DNA from: Utricularia gibba
Taxonomy: Eukaryota > Plantae > Magnoliophyta
Reading direction: 5' to 3'
Length of the DNA: 64,000 nucleotides
Assembly: GCA_002189035.1 (NCBI GenBank)
Contig: NEEC01000004.1
Span: 3,968,001 to 4,032,000, forward strand
The translations under genes and the position numbers were made by a program. Below, in pieces: positions 29,520 to 42,363 of this stretch (positions are counted from its first letter, which is position 1; each line of letters starts with the position of its first letter). Under the pieces are notes generated by a model. The model made no database searches. It was given only the letters and a program-made list of their open reading frames with translations, and was not told where the DNA came from.

Positions 29520-29783
29520 CAATTACTAATTTATCATATCAACCATACCTTACAACTTCCAATTTATCGCATCAACCACACTTTATAACTACCAATCTAT
29601 CACATCAACTATACCTTATAACTACCAATTCACAACACTGACCAAACCTTACAACTATCAATTCATCACACTAACAATACCTTACAACTAACAATCCACC
29701 ACACCAATCATATCTCACAATTATCAATCCACTATACTAACTATATCTCACAACTAACATTCTAACTCAACAATCACATCTCA
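29520..29783 (+). repeat. 8 diverged copies of a 33-bp C/A-rich unit directly upstream of a transposase remnant
   Basis: caattactaatttatcatatcaaccatacctta-type unit, each copy ending cctta, cttta or tctca, period 33. Confidence 0.85.
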
Positions 29784-31601
29784 CTTATTATGTATAATTT
29801 TTATCATTTATAAAGAATTCATTCATCAATTCAATGGATTTTCAAAACAATCAAGAGCATATTTCTTTTCAAAATGAGCATTTTGATCCAAAGGATTTTT
29901 CAATCATTTTGTCTCATCATAATGGTGAAATTATTGATGCAAATGAAGCTATTATTAAATATATATTCAAAAATGAGCCAGATCAACCTCGAAAAAATAG
30001 AGGAAATATGAATATATTGATACGTGAGTTTGGAAATACTCGCCTAATAATGGACTATTTCTCAATTAATGCCACCTACAATAATCATATATTCTGTCGA
30101 CATTTCATAATGTGTCATAGTTTGTTCGAACATATTATGTCCAATTTTTTGGAAATAATTACATATCTACAAGAGAAACCAGATGCAACCAGTTATGTTT
30201 CCTTAACAATAATGCATTACTACAATGCGAATGATGACATATATGTATGGTGTAGATGCTTGTAATTAATATTTTCAAATTAGTGAGTCTACTACTCTCA
30301 AATACTTAAGATCTTTTATAATTGGAATTCATACAATGTTTAGATAGAATATATTAGATGTTTCAATTCAAGTGACGTTTAAAAACTTCTGTCATGAGAT
30401 GAATAGTTTCCTTGCCGAAACTATCTTAAAAACAGAGTAAAGCATCTATCGATTCAGAAGGATAGAAACATTCTCCAAAGTTTGGCATAGAACATAGGTG
30501 ACATGAATGTTGAGTGCGTGGTAGGTGGCACCCACCTACTTCCATCGTAGTGGTTATAATGAGTACGATTTTAAGCAACAAGCATTAAAATTATACAAAT
30601 ATGAAGAGAAGAAAGATTTTGTAGACATCAAGTGTTGGAAAATCTTACGTTTAGAGCCGAAGTAGATGCCAGTACGTAAAATTACATTTTCTATTATTTA
30701 TCTACTACTTTATCATAATAGAGATGCATTTATATTTTTTTTGCTAGGTTCCAAAATCATCGAATGAAGGTTTCACAATGGGATCAAATGATTTAGTGAC
30801 TCAACCTTTACACACTTCATGTGTTGAAAAAGAAACAAGACATTTAGGATAAAAGGTGGCTAAACACAAATGAGAATAAAAATGAAGTGATGGACTCAAT
30901 TTCTTTCAAGAAGAAAGCATTTGGTAAATATATGAATAGTATCTCGGACCTTCTTCAGGATATTCAGAAGAAGAATGATGTGATGTGGGTATTTAATCAT
31001 ATATATTATGTGGATGTGCTTAATAAGTTATCTGAAAAAGATGTAAGTAAGATGACCCCTGAACAAAGGATCATGCATGAAATAGACTTTCAAGATTTTG
31101 CAAATGCAAGTTGTTAACTAGAGATAAATGTACATCGAAGGAGAACGTGGACGATGAGTTTGTGGATCTTTCTGATGATTGATAAGGTTTATGTAGCATT
31201 TGATGTTTGTATTTTTTTCATTCGAACAATATATGCAGTATTAAGTATTTCATTATTTTAATTTTGTTTCTTTATTTTGTTGATAAATGCAAATAAAAAG
31301 GATTGGTACCAATATAAGTGGTGCGAATTAAAAGGTTTAGTTGCAATACAAGTGATTAGTAGAATTCAATCTATTTGCCTATTTAAGGTTCTTGTATCCA
31401 TATGGTTTTCTTACTCGATTATTACCATGAATCCATCATTTCCCAAACCTTTTCATTTTTTTTGCTGAGGATGACATAGATTATAAAGCAATTGTTCAAG
31501 AAGTATATAATTTCTTCTTCAATGACTCAGATGAGGAGCCACAAGAACAAGAACCTTCTTGACAATGATGTGAACACAATCGTGAATTAGAGCATGAAAA
31601 A

Positions 31602-32660
31602 TTGATGGCTAATTATTTTTGCAACAATTGCACTCTCACAGATGAACAATTTCGCAGAAGATTTCGTATGAAGCATTCTTTATTTAAAAAAATTGTTGAG
31701 ACTATCAAATATCAAGATCCCTATTTTCAAGACAAGGTAGATTACATAGGTCGTCTAAGCTTAAGCCCTTTACAAAAGTGCATGGCTGCTATGCGTTTAT
31801 TAGCTTATGTTAACGAATATATTCGAATTGAAGAGGCAATATCCATCAAATGTATTTGTCATTTTGTTACTGTCATTCTCTCTTGTTTTTTAGAACACTA
31901 TTTATGATCACTCACAATAAAAGATTTAGAATGTTTGCTTGCTTGGGGCGAGGCTAGGGGATTTCTTGAAATACTTGGAAGTGCGGATTGCATGCATTGA
32001 GAGTAGAAAAATTTTCATGTAGCCTGGCAAGGTCCTTCGTAAACCATCACTCATGTTAGAAGTGGTAGCATCTGCTGATACATGGATATGACATGCATTT
32101 TTTGGAATACCAGGTGCGAATAACGATATCAATGTTTTATGGCATTCTTATTTACTAAATGAGTTACATAATGAGATTGCACCACGAATTCACTATCAAT
32201 GGTAATTATTATGACATGGTATATTATTTGGCCGACGGTATTTATCCGGAATGAGCTGTGTTTGTGAAATCTATTACACTGCCACAAGGTCGAAAAGCTC
32301 GTTGTTTTGCTTAATTCTAGGAGAGTGCTAGAAAAGACATAGAACGGACTTTTGGAATATTACAAAGCCAGTTTGGAATACTAACATCTCCTGGAAGAGC
32401 TTGGAATCAAAAAACTCTTGGAGATATTATGTATGCATGTATCATATTATATAATATGATTGTAGAAGATGAATGTCATGTCATTCATGAAGATAATATT
32501 ATGGATGAATACGAAAGATTTACGACTGTTGAACCATCGGAAATTTATAGAGATGCTGGGATCAATATGCCAAGTTATTTTGATCGAATAGAGCATTCAT
32601 GTAATATTTACATACATTGATGTCTAAAAAATGATTTGACCGAACATATTTGTACAAATT
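31602..32660 (+). pseudogene. PIF/Harbinger transposase remnant (DDE_Tnp_4 / plant transposon protein)
   Basis: QFRRRFRMKHSLF, LSPLQKCMAAMRLLAY, GSADCMH, LEVVASADTWI-HAFFG, NNDINVL, ERTFGILQ, IMYACIILYNMIVEDE, with stops and frameshifts. Confidence 0.9.
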
Positions 32661-33632
32661 TTAATTGATTTTTAGATTGTTTAGTAATTTCATTTTACGA
32701 TTTTGTAATTTTATTTATCAATTTCAATGTTTAAAATTGAAATATATTTTGAAATCTTTATTTTAATATTAGGATTTCTAGAAATGAATACAAATATAAA
32801 GGTAACTTACTAACGAAAACTCAATAATTCAATCATTTTCGGAAATTGATAAAGATGTTCTTAAAATCGATATTTAGAATTATTTATTCAATTGTTCGCA
32901 TATGAGATCATTAAACTCTAGTTAATATCATGCATGTTGGCATAATTTTATTTAATATGATTATTGAAGATGAAGTACATGATACTCAATCAAACCCTGA
33001 AAACTATGATCATATAACACAACAACCACATGATTTATTAAGACAAAATATTCATGCTTTTGATACATATATTTCTCGAGTTATAAAATTCAAGAAAACA
33101 AAATTACATAAATAATTGAAAACAGATTTGATTGAACATATTTGAAATTAATTTTGTTAATTTTATAATTTTTGTATTATGTATTTTCTAAATAATATTT
33201 TTTTTCTATTTTAAATAAAAATTATTATTGTATTTGATTAATGTGTAAATTAATATAAATTTAATAAATATAAATATTATAAAAGACATTGTTCAGATAG
33301 CAATGTGAATAATGATGAAAGTATGTTATGTATTATTTAATATTATATAATAATGAGATAGAATATAAAAATTATGAGGTGGACTATATATGGTTCGACA
33401 ACAATGTGGATGTCCTAATACTGGATTGAAAACATAGCCTACGTGTGTCTTAGTCAGGAAAAAGAAAAAAAATAATATTTTTTATTTAAACGTATTGCGT
33501 CGAAAGGAATTATTTCAAATTGGAAAATGAAATTGCCAAAATTGATAAAGCGTAATTCCTCGGCTGGTTTTTGGAGCGAATACAATTATCTAGGGCTGCG
33601 AGTTTCTATCGGCGTTTCTCTCATCGGACGGC

Positions 33633-36218
33633 ATGGCGGCGTCGGGGAGTCAGAGAGGCGGTGGGGGACGGCGGATGGAGGAAGAAGACGCGAAGCTGGT
33701 CTTCGAAACTTCGAAAGGCGTGGAGCCGATACTGAGTTTCGACGAGATGGGGATAAAAGAAGATCTCCTCAGAGGGATCTACAACTATGGGTTCGAGAAG
33801 CCTTCCGCTATTCAGCAGCGAGCGATTCTTCCGATTATATCTGGGCGAGATGTTATTGCGCAAGCGCAGTCTGGGACTGGGAAAACCTCAATGATTGCGC
33901 TTGCTGTTTGCCAAGTCGTTGACACCAAATCTTCCGAGTATGTCTCGGTTCTTGCTGACTTTATTTTTTTCTTTTGTTTTTGGCTTGACCCTGAATGTGA
34001 TTATTTCCGACGCCCTCTTCAACTTTGGGTGGGTTAGGCTTCATTTTTTTTTCTTCACATTTAAAGCTTGGTCCTCAAATTCTCGTGATAATTTGATGCT
34101 TGCAACTGCTAATGAGTTTGAAGGCTGCATGAAGATGAGTTTTTATAAGGGGAATTTTATATATTGACAGTGGAAGAATATGCTTAAGGGGTCCTTTTTA
34201 TTTCGTTTTTGGAACAGAGTCCAAGCGCTAATATTGTCACCTACAAGGGAGTTGGCTGCTCAAACGGAGAAAGTGATACTCGCTATTGGTGACTTTATTA
34301 ATGTGCAAGCGCATTCCTGCATTGGAGGTAAAAATCTTGGAGAGGACATAAGAAAGTTGGAGCATGGAGTTCAGGTGGTCTCTGGAACTCCCGGTAGAGT
34401 TTGTGACATGATCAAGAGAAGAACATTGCGAACTAGGGCAATTAAGTTATTAATTCTGGTATGTACCCTCATTAGCATTATCTGTTACTCCTTTCAATTG
34501 TTTTACTGTTCCGAGTCGACTGTTGCCATATTCTGATTTGTGAATTTATATGACGTTGTTAGGATGAGTCAGATGAAATGTTAAGCAGAGGTTTTAAGGA
34601 TCAGATATATGATGTTTACAGATACCTTCCTCCCGAACTTCAGGTGATTTTTCCTTCCACCCTCATGCTAGTTGCTTTTTTTTAAGTTTGTTTATCTGCA
34701 GAATGCCCATCAGTATGTATGGTTTGTTTGTTTGTATGTATGTTTGGTGACCGCTTACAATTGTACTCGATTTCTTTATGATTTTCTTTAATATAATTGC
34801 TTTTCTGTTTATTTCAATTATACCCCTTTTATTCCCTATATATCTGTTTCACAGTTTCAAATATCATTCCCACATGTTGTAACTTCAGGTTGTCTTGATA
34901 TCAGCCACCCTCCCAAATGAAATTCTGGAGATGACGAGTAAATTCATGACAGATCCTGTGAGGATACTGGTCAAGCGTGATGAATTGACGCTTGAGGTGT
35001 GCTTTGATACTTTTCAGCTTGAAAATTGTTTTAAAACATTGTTTACTGAACATGGCATCCATTAGTAATACTTGCCTTCTTTTCATTATCTTTTCTTCTC
35101 AGGGGATTAAGCAATTTTTTGTTGCCGTCGAAAGAGAAGAATGGAAATTTGATACTTTGTGTGATTTATATGATACTCTTACAATCACACAGGCTGTAAT
35201 CTTTTGCAATACAAAGAGAAAGGTATTTTATTGATAGAATCAATTGATTCAATGACAACATTTTACTAAATGCCTTCGTGTGCGTATCAAATATTTTGTT
35301 TTATCTGCTTGAGTTGATGTCTTCATTCTGGAAGAATGCGAACGAATATCCCCAATGATGAGTTGTGATTTGTATGGTAATTTCTGATTCTGTATTTAGG
35401 AACTGTCTGATGCATGCTGCTGTTTCTTTTGTGTAACAGGTGGATTGGTTAACGGCAAAAATGCGCGAAAATAACTTTACCGTCTCATCTATGCATGGTG
35501 ATATGCCCCAAAAGGAGCGGGATGCAATCATGGGAGAATTTAGATCTGGCCAGACTCGAGTTCTCATCACCACGGATGTTTGGGCGAGGGGACTGGATGT
35601 TCAACAGGTAATCAATCACTCATGCACTGAATATTATCCCTCTCAGCCTTCCAGAAAATCTAACCATCCGCTAAGTTTGTCTGGCCACCACATTAATGCA
35701 TGTTCATGTGGCCGAACCCTTTATGGTGGAAAGCTATGCTTTTTTGTTATGTTTAGTTTCATAATATCATATATGCATGTATGCATGTTCAACATCTTTT
35801 CGACATTGTGCATATAGATGATTGGTATACATGAGAATGACAATGTTGTTCATTTGTTACCATCAGGTGTCCTTGGTGATTAATTATGATCTTCCAAACA
35901 ACAGAGAAAACTACATCCATCGCATTGGACGATCTGGCCGTTTTGGTAGAAAGGTGATTCATACATTACAGAATTTCCGAAATATCATGTTTTATCTGAT
36001 GTGGAGTTTTTTTTCCCTACTTGTGCACATTTGATGGCGTATTTGATCTCCTGCTTGCTCAATCATTCCTAAGCAAAATCACTTGGTTTTATGTTCATTT
36101 TCAGGGTGTGGCCATAAACTTCGTCAAAAGTGATGATATCAAAATCTTGAGGGACATCGAGCAATACTACAGCACCCAAATTGATGAAATGCCCATGAAC
36201 GTTGCTGATTTAATCTGA
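33633..36218 (+). CDS. EIF4A3: eIF4A-III DEAD-box helicase (exon junction complex core), canonical copy, 8 exons
   Basis: [85 protein letters not shown]. Confidence 0.97.
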
Positions 36219-36903
36219 TGGGGCATTTTTTGCCAGGAGAAACTCTCGTACTGCGAGTATTGTTTGCTTCCCATTGCGTGTAAGCAAGTAGCCTTGTATC
36301 CCATAGGTTTGATTTCAGTTTCCTTCGTGTTGATTACTGATCTACAGTAGTTAAATATTTGGCTAGTTTGAATTTCTTGACATACCTAAATTTTCCACAA
36401 TAGTTTTCGCCCACCACAATCAGCAGGCTGGTAATCATCCTAGATTTTGATTCAAACTTCAATCAACGTGTCGGTCCTTGGCTGTGTGCGGAGCTGAGAC
36501 ACCAAAGCATTCCTGGCCTCGTAGCCGAAACTACGATCGTTTGGAAGAGTTTCGGTAGGAACTGGTCCTTCTACTGCTGGACCTCCGAATGTTCCTTGGA
36601 GGCACCCCGGGATCAGTTATAAAAATGTCACCTCATCTCGAGCGGTGGTCAAAAGGCCTCCCGTGAAACTCTAAAACACTGAAGTAGTTTGAGCCATTAA
36701 CAGGATGAAGAAAGCATCAGGGGGCTTAATAACTTCAAAGGAAACAAGATTCAGCTAAACGAATCTCAAGACATTCAACACACTTGTATGAGAAATCACT
36801 GAAAAGGGCAAGAATTTGATGAAAAGTTGTACCCAACGAGTTCAATTTTACCTGGAATCTACACAATGCCATCCGCAGCAGCCCTATAAAGGAGTAGATT
36901 TTA

Positions 36904-38256
36904 TTAGGCAATTTCATTTGGATCTCCTGTGTACTCGGCAATCTGCTCAAGCTTCACATGCAGAAACTCTTGTGTGTCTGCATCTCGAACAACGCCTGTC
37001 TCCTTCTCCAAATCTCTTTCCACCAAACTCCCATAGACACCCTCGTGCTTACCATACAATATAAGCACGTAACCCCCACGTTTTGGAAGTGCAGTCTCTA
37101 ATAGGTCCTGTTCTACACCTTGTAACAACTCCCTGCTCTCATCCATTGAAATGTCACAAATTCCAGGCCCTACAACGTCAACAACAACCCCCTTTTTCAA
37201 GAAAAATTTCCCTTTTTTGAAGTCCTTGCTAATAACTCTTACTCTTATATGATTCCTAAGCCAACTTGCCTGCAGGTTTCTATCTTTTTTATCTTTTGGG
37301 CCCTTCTTCGAAGAAGAAGCTTTTTTATCTACAGTATCATCCTTCTCCTTAATTTTCAATTCTCTTAACTTTCTCAGACACTGCTGCTCTTCTACAGATC
37401 CTATCTCCGCAACATCAGCGCTCTGAATCTTGATCCTCTCACTGCTTCTTGTTGTCCTTATGATCAACAAATCTCCACCGCCCCTCACCTCCTGAATTTT
37501 ACCCTTCACTCCCATCTTACTTCCCTTCACAATTCTAACTTCCTTTCCCACACTAAATCCTTTGTCTTCGCTCCCACTAGCTACCACGTTTCCATTATCA
37601 ACGTTCTCACCCGCAACACCATCTGTTTTCACTCTGTTTTCTAAAACCTCCTCTGTAAAACCCAAACCACCTCTCCCCTTCTTCTTGGTGAGCTCAAAGA
37701 CGTTCACATCCTCTCTGGCATTGCGCCCTATTCCCATTCCCTCTTTCCAACCATAACCAGCCATCAGAGCAGCTCCAAACCCCTCCACCGGCACATCCTC
37801 ATACTGATCCATCCCCAAATCATCACGCAGCATCTTCATATCCTCCCTAAACTTCCTCATCTCCATCTCCGCAATCGTTTCACTACCCCGAGCCCTAGCA
37901 CCACCCTGCCCGCCGGCTGATGGCGCGCGAACATTGAGACCATAACTCATAGACGCATCAGATGGATCCGCATTCGACCCGGGATCCAACTCAAACAAAA
38001 GAGTGCCATCCCCGACACCCGGTTGATTAATGGGCGGGAGATTATAGAGATTCTTAAGCTTTTCGTTGAAAGGCTTGTCCGGGATTGGAGCAATAGGTTT
38101 GATCTTCGGTTCAGACGTCGGAACCTCAACGGGAAGAAACTCCGTAACGTACTTTTTGCTCGAAGAATCATCTCCCCCAGCATCAGATGCCGACGACGCG
38201 GGCCTCTTAACTCGATTAGACTGCGATTTTGAGCTGATTGAAAAGGAAATACTCAT
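36904..38256 (-). CDS. MOS2: MOS2 (G-patch + two KOW motifs; GPKOW/Spp2-like splicing factor), intronless, 450 aa
   Basis: G-patch VPVEGFGAALMAGYGWKEGMGIGRN...GRGGLGF and C-terminal WLRNHIRVRVISK...LETALPKRGG KOW region. Confidence 0.92.
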   Translation of the reverse strand: MSISFSISSKSQSNRVKRPASSASDAGGDDSSSKKYVTEFLPVEVPTSEPKIKPIAPIPDKPFNEKLKNLYNLPPINQPGVGDGTLLFELDPGSNADPSDASMSYGLNVRAPSAGGQGGARARGSETIAEMEMRKFREDMKMLRDDLGMDQYEDVPVEGFGAALMAGYGWKEGMGIGRNAREDVNVFELTKKKGRGGLGFTEEVLENRVKTDGVAGENVDNGNVVASGSEDKGFSVGKEVRIVKGSKMGVKGKIQEVRGGGDLLIIRTTRSSERIKIQSADVAEIGSVEEQQCLRKLRELKIKEKDDTVDKKASSSKKGPKDKKDRNLQASWLRNHIRVRVISKDFKKGKFFLKKGVVVDVVGPGICDISMDESRELLQGVEQDLLETALPKRGGYVLILYGKHEGVYGSLVERDLEKETGVVRDADTQEFLHVKLEQIAEYTGDPNEIA

Positions 38257-38575
38257 CCTGAAGAATGAATTCGAAGATACCTGAATGAATCAATCGAACC
38301 TTTCCGCTTGACTCGCGTGGACCAAGAAAACCTAATCAGTGTTTCCGTTTGGGGGCGAATTCAACGATCAAACAATTGTTGCTTGTGATTGGGCTTTTGT
38401 ACCTTTTTTCGGCCCATTGGGCTTGTGTTTGGGTTTCAACAGAACTGTTAACTGTTTCTCGCCCCCCTTGCCTTCCCTCTGAAACATTTTCAGTTCTCAG
38501 TCACGCATCAAAAGCTTTTGCTTTTCTGGTCTTATTTGGATTCAGACTCTACGAAGAATCGCTCAATTGGACGGC

Positions 38576-40992
38576 ATGGCGGCGTCGGGAAGAAAAAAAA
38601 TAGGTGGGGGCCGGCGAGTGATGGAGGAAGACGATGCGAAGCTGATCTTTGAGGCTTCCAAAGACGTGAAGCCGATACTCAGCTTCGACGAGATGGGATT
38701 AAACTGGGATGTCCTCAGAGGAATCTACAACTACGGGTTCGAGAAGCCTTCCAGCATTCAGCAGCGAGCGGTTATGCCGATTATTTCGGGTCGAGACGTT
38801 ATTGCGCAGGCGCAGTCTGGAACTGGAAAAACGTCGATGATTGCGATTGCTGCTTGTCAGGTCGTGAACACCAAGTCTTCCCAGTACGTTTTGGTTCATT
38901 TAAAGTTCTTCTTATTGTTTGTCCTTTTTTGCATTGTGGGGGGGGGGGGGGTAGTTTTGTTTATAGGTGACCCTGAAAGTGATTATTTGCAACACCGGCT
39001 TCAAGCTTACGCATCCTTCCATTTGAATAGTATCCCAATTTCCCGCCTGTAGCTTTGAATATTGCTGTCCTGAATCAGCATGATAAATTGGAAACCGTTT
39101 ACTGCTTATTGATTTTTGTGTAGCATGAAGTGTTATAGTTTTATGAAATGAGTTTTATATATGGGCGTTGTTTCTGTCGTAAAGGTCTTGTTCTTATTTA
39201 TTTCCTATTTGTAACAGAGTTCAAGCGCTTATATTGTCACCTACGAGGGAGTTGGCTGTTCAGACGGAGAAAGTAGTATTGTCAATTGGCGAATATGTCG
39301 GTGTGAAAGCCCATTCCTGTACTGGAGGTAAAAATCTTGGCGAGGATATCAAAAAGTTGGAGGGTGGAGTTCAGGTGGTCTCTGGGACCCCAGGTAGAGT
39401 TTGTGACATGATCAAGAGAAGAACTTTGCAGCCTAAGGCAATCAAGTTGCTAGTTTTGGTAAGCTTTCTACATGTTAATTTTATGAGTTCCTCCAACCTG
39501 CAATTGCTATACTGTTCCAACTCGATTTGTTTTGATATTCTGATGTTGTGAATTCATATGATGTTGTTAGGATGAGTGCGATGAAATGTTGAGCAAAGGT
39601 CTCAAGGATCAGATCTATTCTGTGTACAGATATCTTCCTCCTGAGATTCAGGTGAACATTTTTTTCAACACGTTAAAATGATTTTCCCTCATCAGAGTTC
39701 TTTAACCTGTTTGATTCTTTAGAATGTACCTATCCATTGTGTGTATGACTTCTTTATTGGAAATGTTGATGAATCGCACAAATGTCGAACCCCCTGTTTT
39801 TTTTGTTTCCCTTAGTAGAATTGTTTTCGTTTCGGTCCTTCTAATAACACATTCGTGCTCGCAATTTAATCATTTGGAAGTTTCTGCTTCAATCATCATT
39901 CGCTGAAATATATGAATTTCAGATTGTCATGATATCAGCCACCCTACCAGATGAAATAATGGAGATGACAAGCAAGTTTTTGACAGATCCAGTGAGGATA
40001 CTTGTGAAGCGTGATGAATTAACTCTTGAGGTGTGTCTTTCACCTATAAAAAGCATCCGAGACATTCTTTGCATCAACCGAACATAGCATCCATCTGTAA
40101 TTGTTGCTTGCTGTTCTGTCTTTTCTCCTCAGGGGATCAAGCAATTCTATGTTGCTGTTCAAAAAGAAGAATGGAAATTTGATACTTTATGTGATTTATA
40201 TGAGACTATTACAATATCTCAGGCTGTAATATTTTGCAACACAAGGAAAAAGGTATTTTGGTTGCCCATATGCTTTCATACCAATGAATTACAACTTCTG
40301 TGCACAGTTTCTGTCCATGGATTCAAAAGCTCTCTAAGCCTGCATTTTTCCCTTGTGTGATAGGTGGATTGGCTAACCAAAAAAATGCGAGAAATCAACT
40401 TTCCCGTGTCATCAATGCACGGAGACATGCCCCAGAAGGAGCGTGATGCAGTCATGGGAGATTTCCGGTCTGTCCGGACAAGAGCTCTCATCACCACAGA
40501 CATTTGGGCCAGGGGGCTGGATGTTCAACAGGTGCACTCATTCATCTCCAATGCCGCCAACATCCATATACGGCTGACCCTTTTACAATGGAAAAGCTAC
40601 TAGAGCAATGCTATATCATATGCTTGGTCCCCAGTTTCACAGATGACCACACACCATGCATTGTGGAACATCAATCACTTTACGTGGGAATGATGAAGCT
40701 GTAATTCTTATACCCTTTTCAGGTGTCCGTGGTATTCAACTACGATCTTCCAAACAACAGAGAAAATTACATTCATCGTATCGGGCGGTCTGGCCGTTTT
40801 GGGAGGAAGGTAGTTCTAGAATCTGGAACTAGAACTCATTTTTTTCTTTCCAACTCAATGTGGATCCTCATTTTTCAGGGTGTGGCCATAAACTTGGTCA
40901 AGAGCGATGATATGAAAAGCTTGAGGGACATCGAGCAGTTCTACGGCATAAAAATAGGTGAAATGCCACTGAATATTAACGAGTTAATTTGA
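38576..40992 (+). CDS. EIF4A3: Second, diverged eIF4A-III paralog, 8 exons, intact frame
   Basis: Same intron positions as the first copy, all GT-AG, no stop or frameshift. Motif II reads DECD (39571-39582) and the C-terminus reads [16 protein letters not shown]. Confidence 0.93.
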
Positions 40993-41127
40993 AGGCTTTT
41001 TGGCGAGGGAAAAAGGTGTTGTAAGTGGCTTTTGTTGCGCTAGGGGTATTTATTCTTTTTAAAATAGATTTATGTATCCATTTCAATAGCTAACTATTTA
41101 TTTTGTATTTTTCTAAAAAAGTGGATT

Positions 41128-41245
41128 TTCTCTTTTCAATAGGTAACATTTCAAAAATGATTTATATTTTTTAAATATAAACTAAATTCTCTTTTCAATA
41201 GGTAACATTTCAAAAATGATTTATATTTTTTAAATATAAACTAAA
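41128..41245. repeat. Perfect 59-bp tandem duplication
   Basis: ttctcttttcaataggtaacatttcaaaaatgatttatattttttaaatataaactaaa at 41128 and 41187. Confidence 0.9.
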
Positions 41246-42363
41246 TTCTCTTTTGTTCGAAGATTTGTTTTTGAAATTATTTCAATTCTATGAAATGAAT
41301 TTTATCAAAAGGGATTTTTGATAATTGATTATATCATATAAATTTCTAATTATATTCATATTTTTTATAAATTGTAATTTTAAATCATCTTGCTAGTATA
41401 AATCATTGTATTTTATTAATAATCATTGTTCCTTTTCTAACAAATTATATTTTATAATTTTAAATCATAATATTATTATAAGTCTATTTTAACTGTTGTA
41501 GTAATATAAAATATCATGGATTTATGGAATATTTTATAGTATGGATAATTTATAAAGTATAATTTGATAATATGTATAGATTCTTTATTTATTATTTTTT
41601 TTACTTTAAATTATTAAAAAATCATTTACAATATATGTATATATATATATATCTAAATGATTAGAACAAATATTAGAATAATTTTTGAAGTAATTTTTTC
41701 AAACGTTACGAATATATCCTTGTGAAAATATTTAATATTAAAAAAAAGGAAAATCCTGAATGACCAAAACAGTCTTTTTACGGATTCTGGGTATCAAGGC
41801 CCATATGATGACTTGGCCCAACCTCAACTCAAGTGTTTGGGCCAGTTTTTAGGTAACGTCTCTTCAGATCGGTGAGCTGCCTGCCCTTCGCAGTTCGATG
41901 TCTATGCCGTCGTCGTGACTCCCGCCGCCGCCGCATTCCCGCTGAAGATCAAAATCGTAATTTCTCTATATCGGTAAAACTCGGTCTTCTCCTCTTCCCT
42001 TTTCCATAATCTCACCGCCCCTGTCTGAGTTTGTTCCTCGTAGGGTCTTTTCTGCAACCGAGCTAGAAGATATAAATGTTCATGAAAATTTGGGTATTCT
42101 GCATCGCAAGTTTTCCTGGTTTCCCATGTCGAATTTCCTTGTCCTTTTAGGGTATTTTTATGATGACTTTGGTGAAGTTATGGTGTTTGATTTGGGAAAA
42201 TTCTCCAAAGTTTGGTTTCTATTTTTCTGGCGTTTGTTCGTCTGGTTTATGATTAGGGCATGCGGATTTTTCACGTTTGCATCATATTATGCTCAACTGT
42301 TGCTACCTATAAACAAAATGTTTTAACTCAGGTGGAAAGAAACCCGTTATTACTTAGCAAGAA

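Larger units (their letters stand above)
27281..33415 (+). mobile_element. Composite degenerate PIF/Harbinger DNA transposon, about 6.1 kb
   Basis: Termini gggcatccacat and atgtggatgtcc match at 11/12; flanks are TAG and TAA (TWA-type TSD, one mismatch). Contains Myb/NAM-associated ORF1 remnants and plant transposon DDE transposase remnants. Confidence 0.75.
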
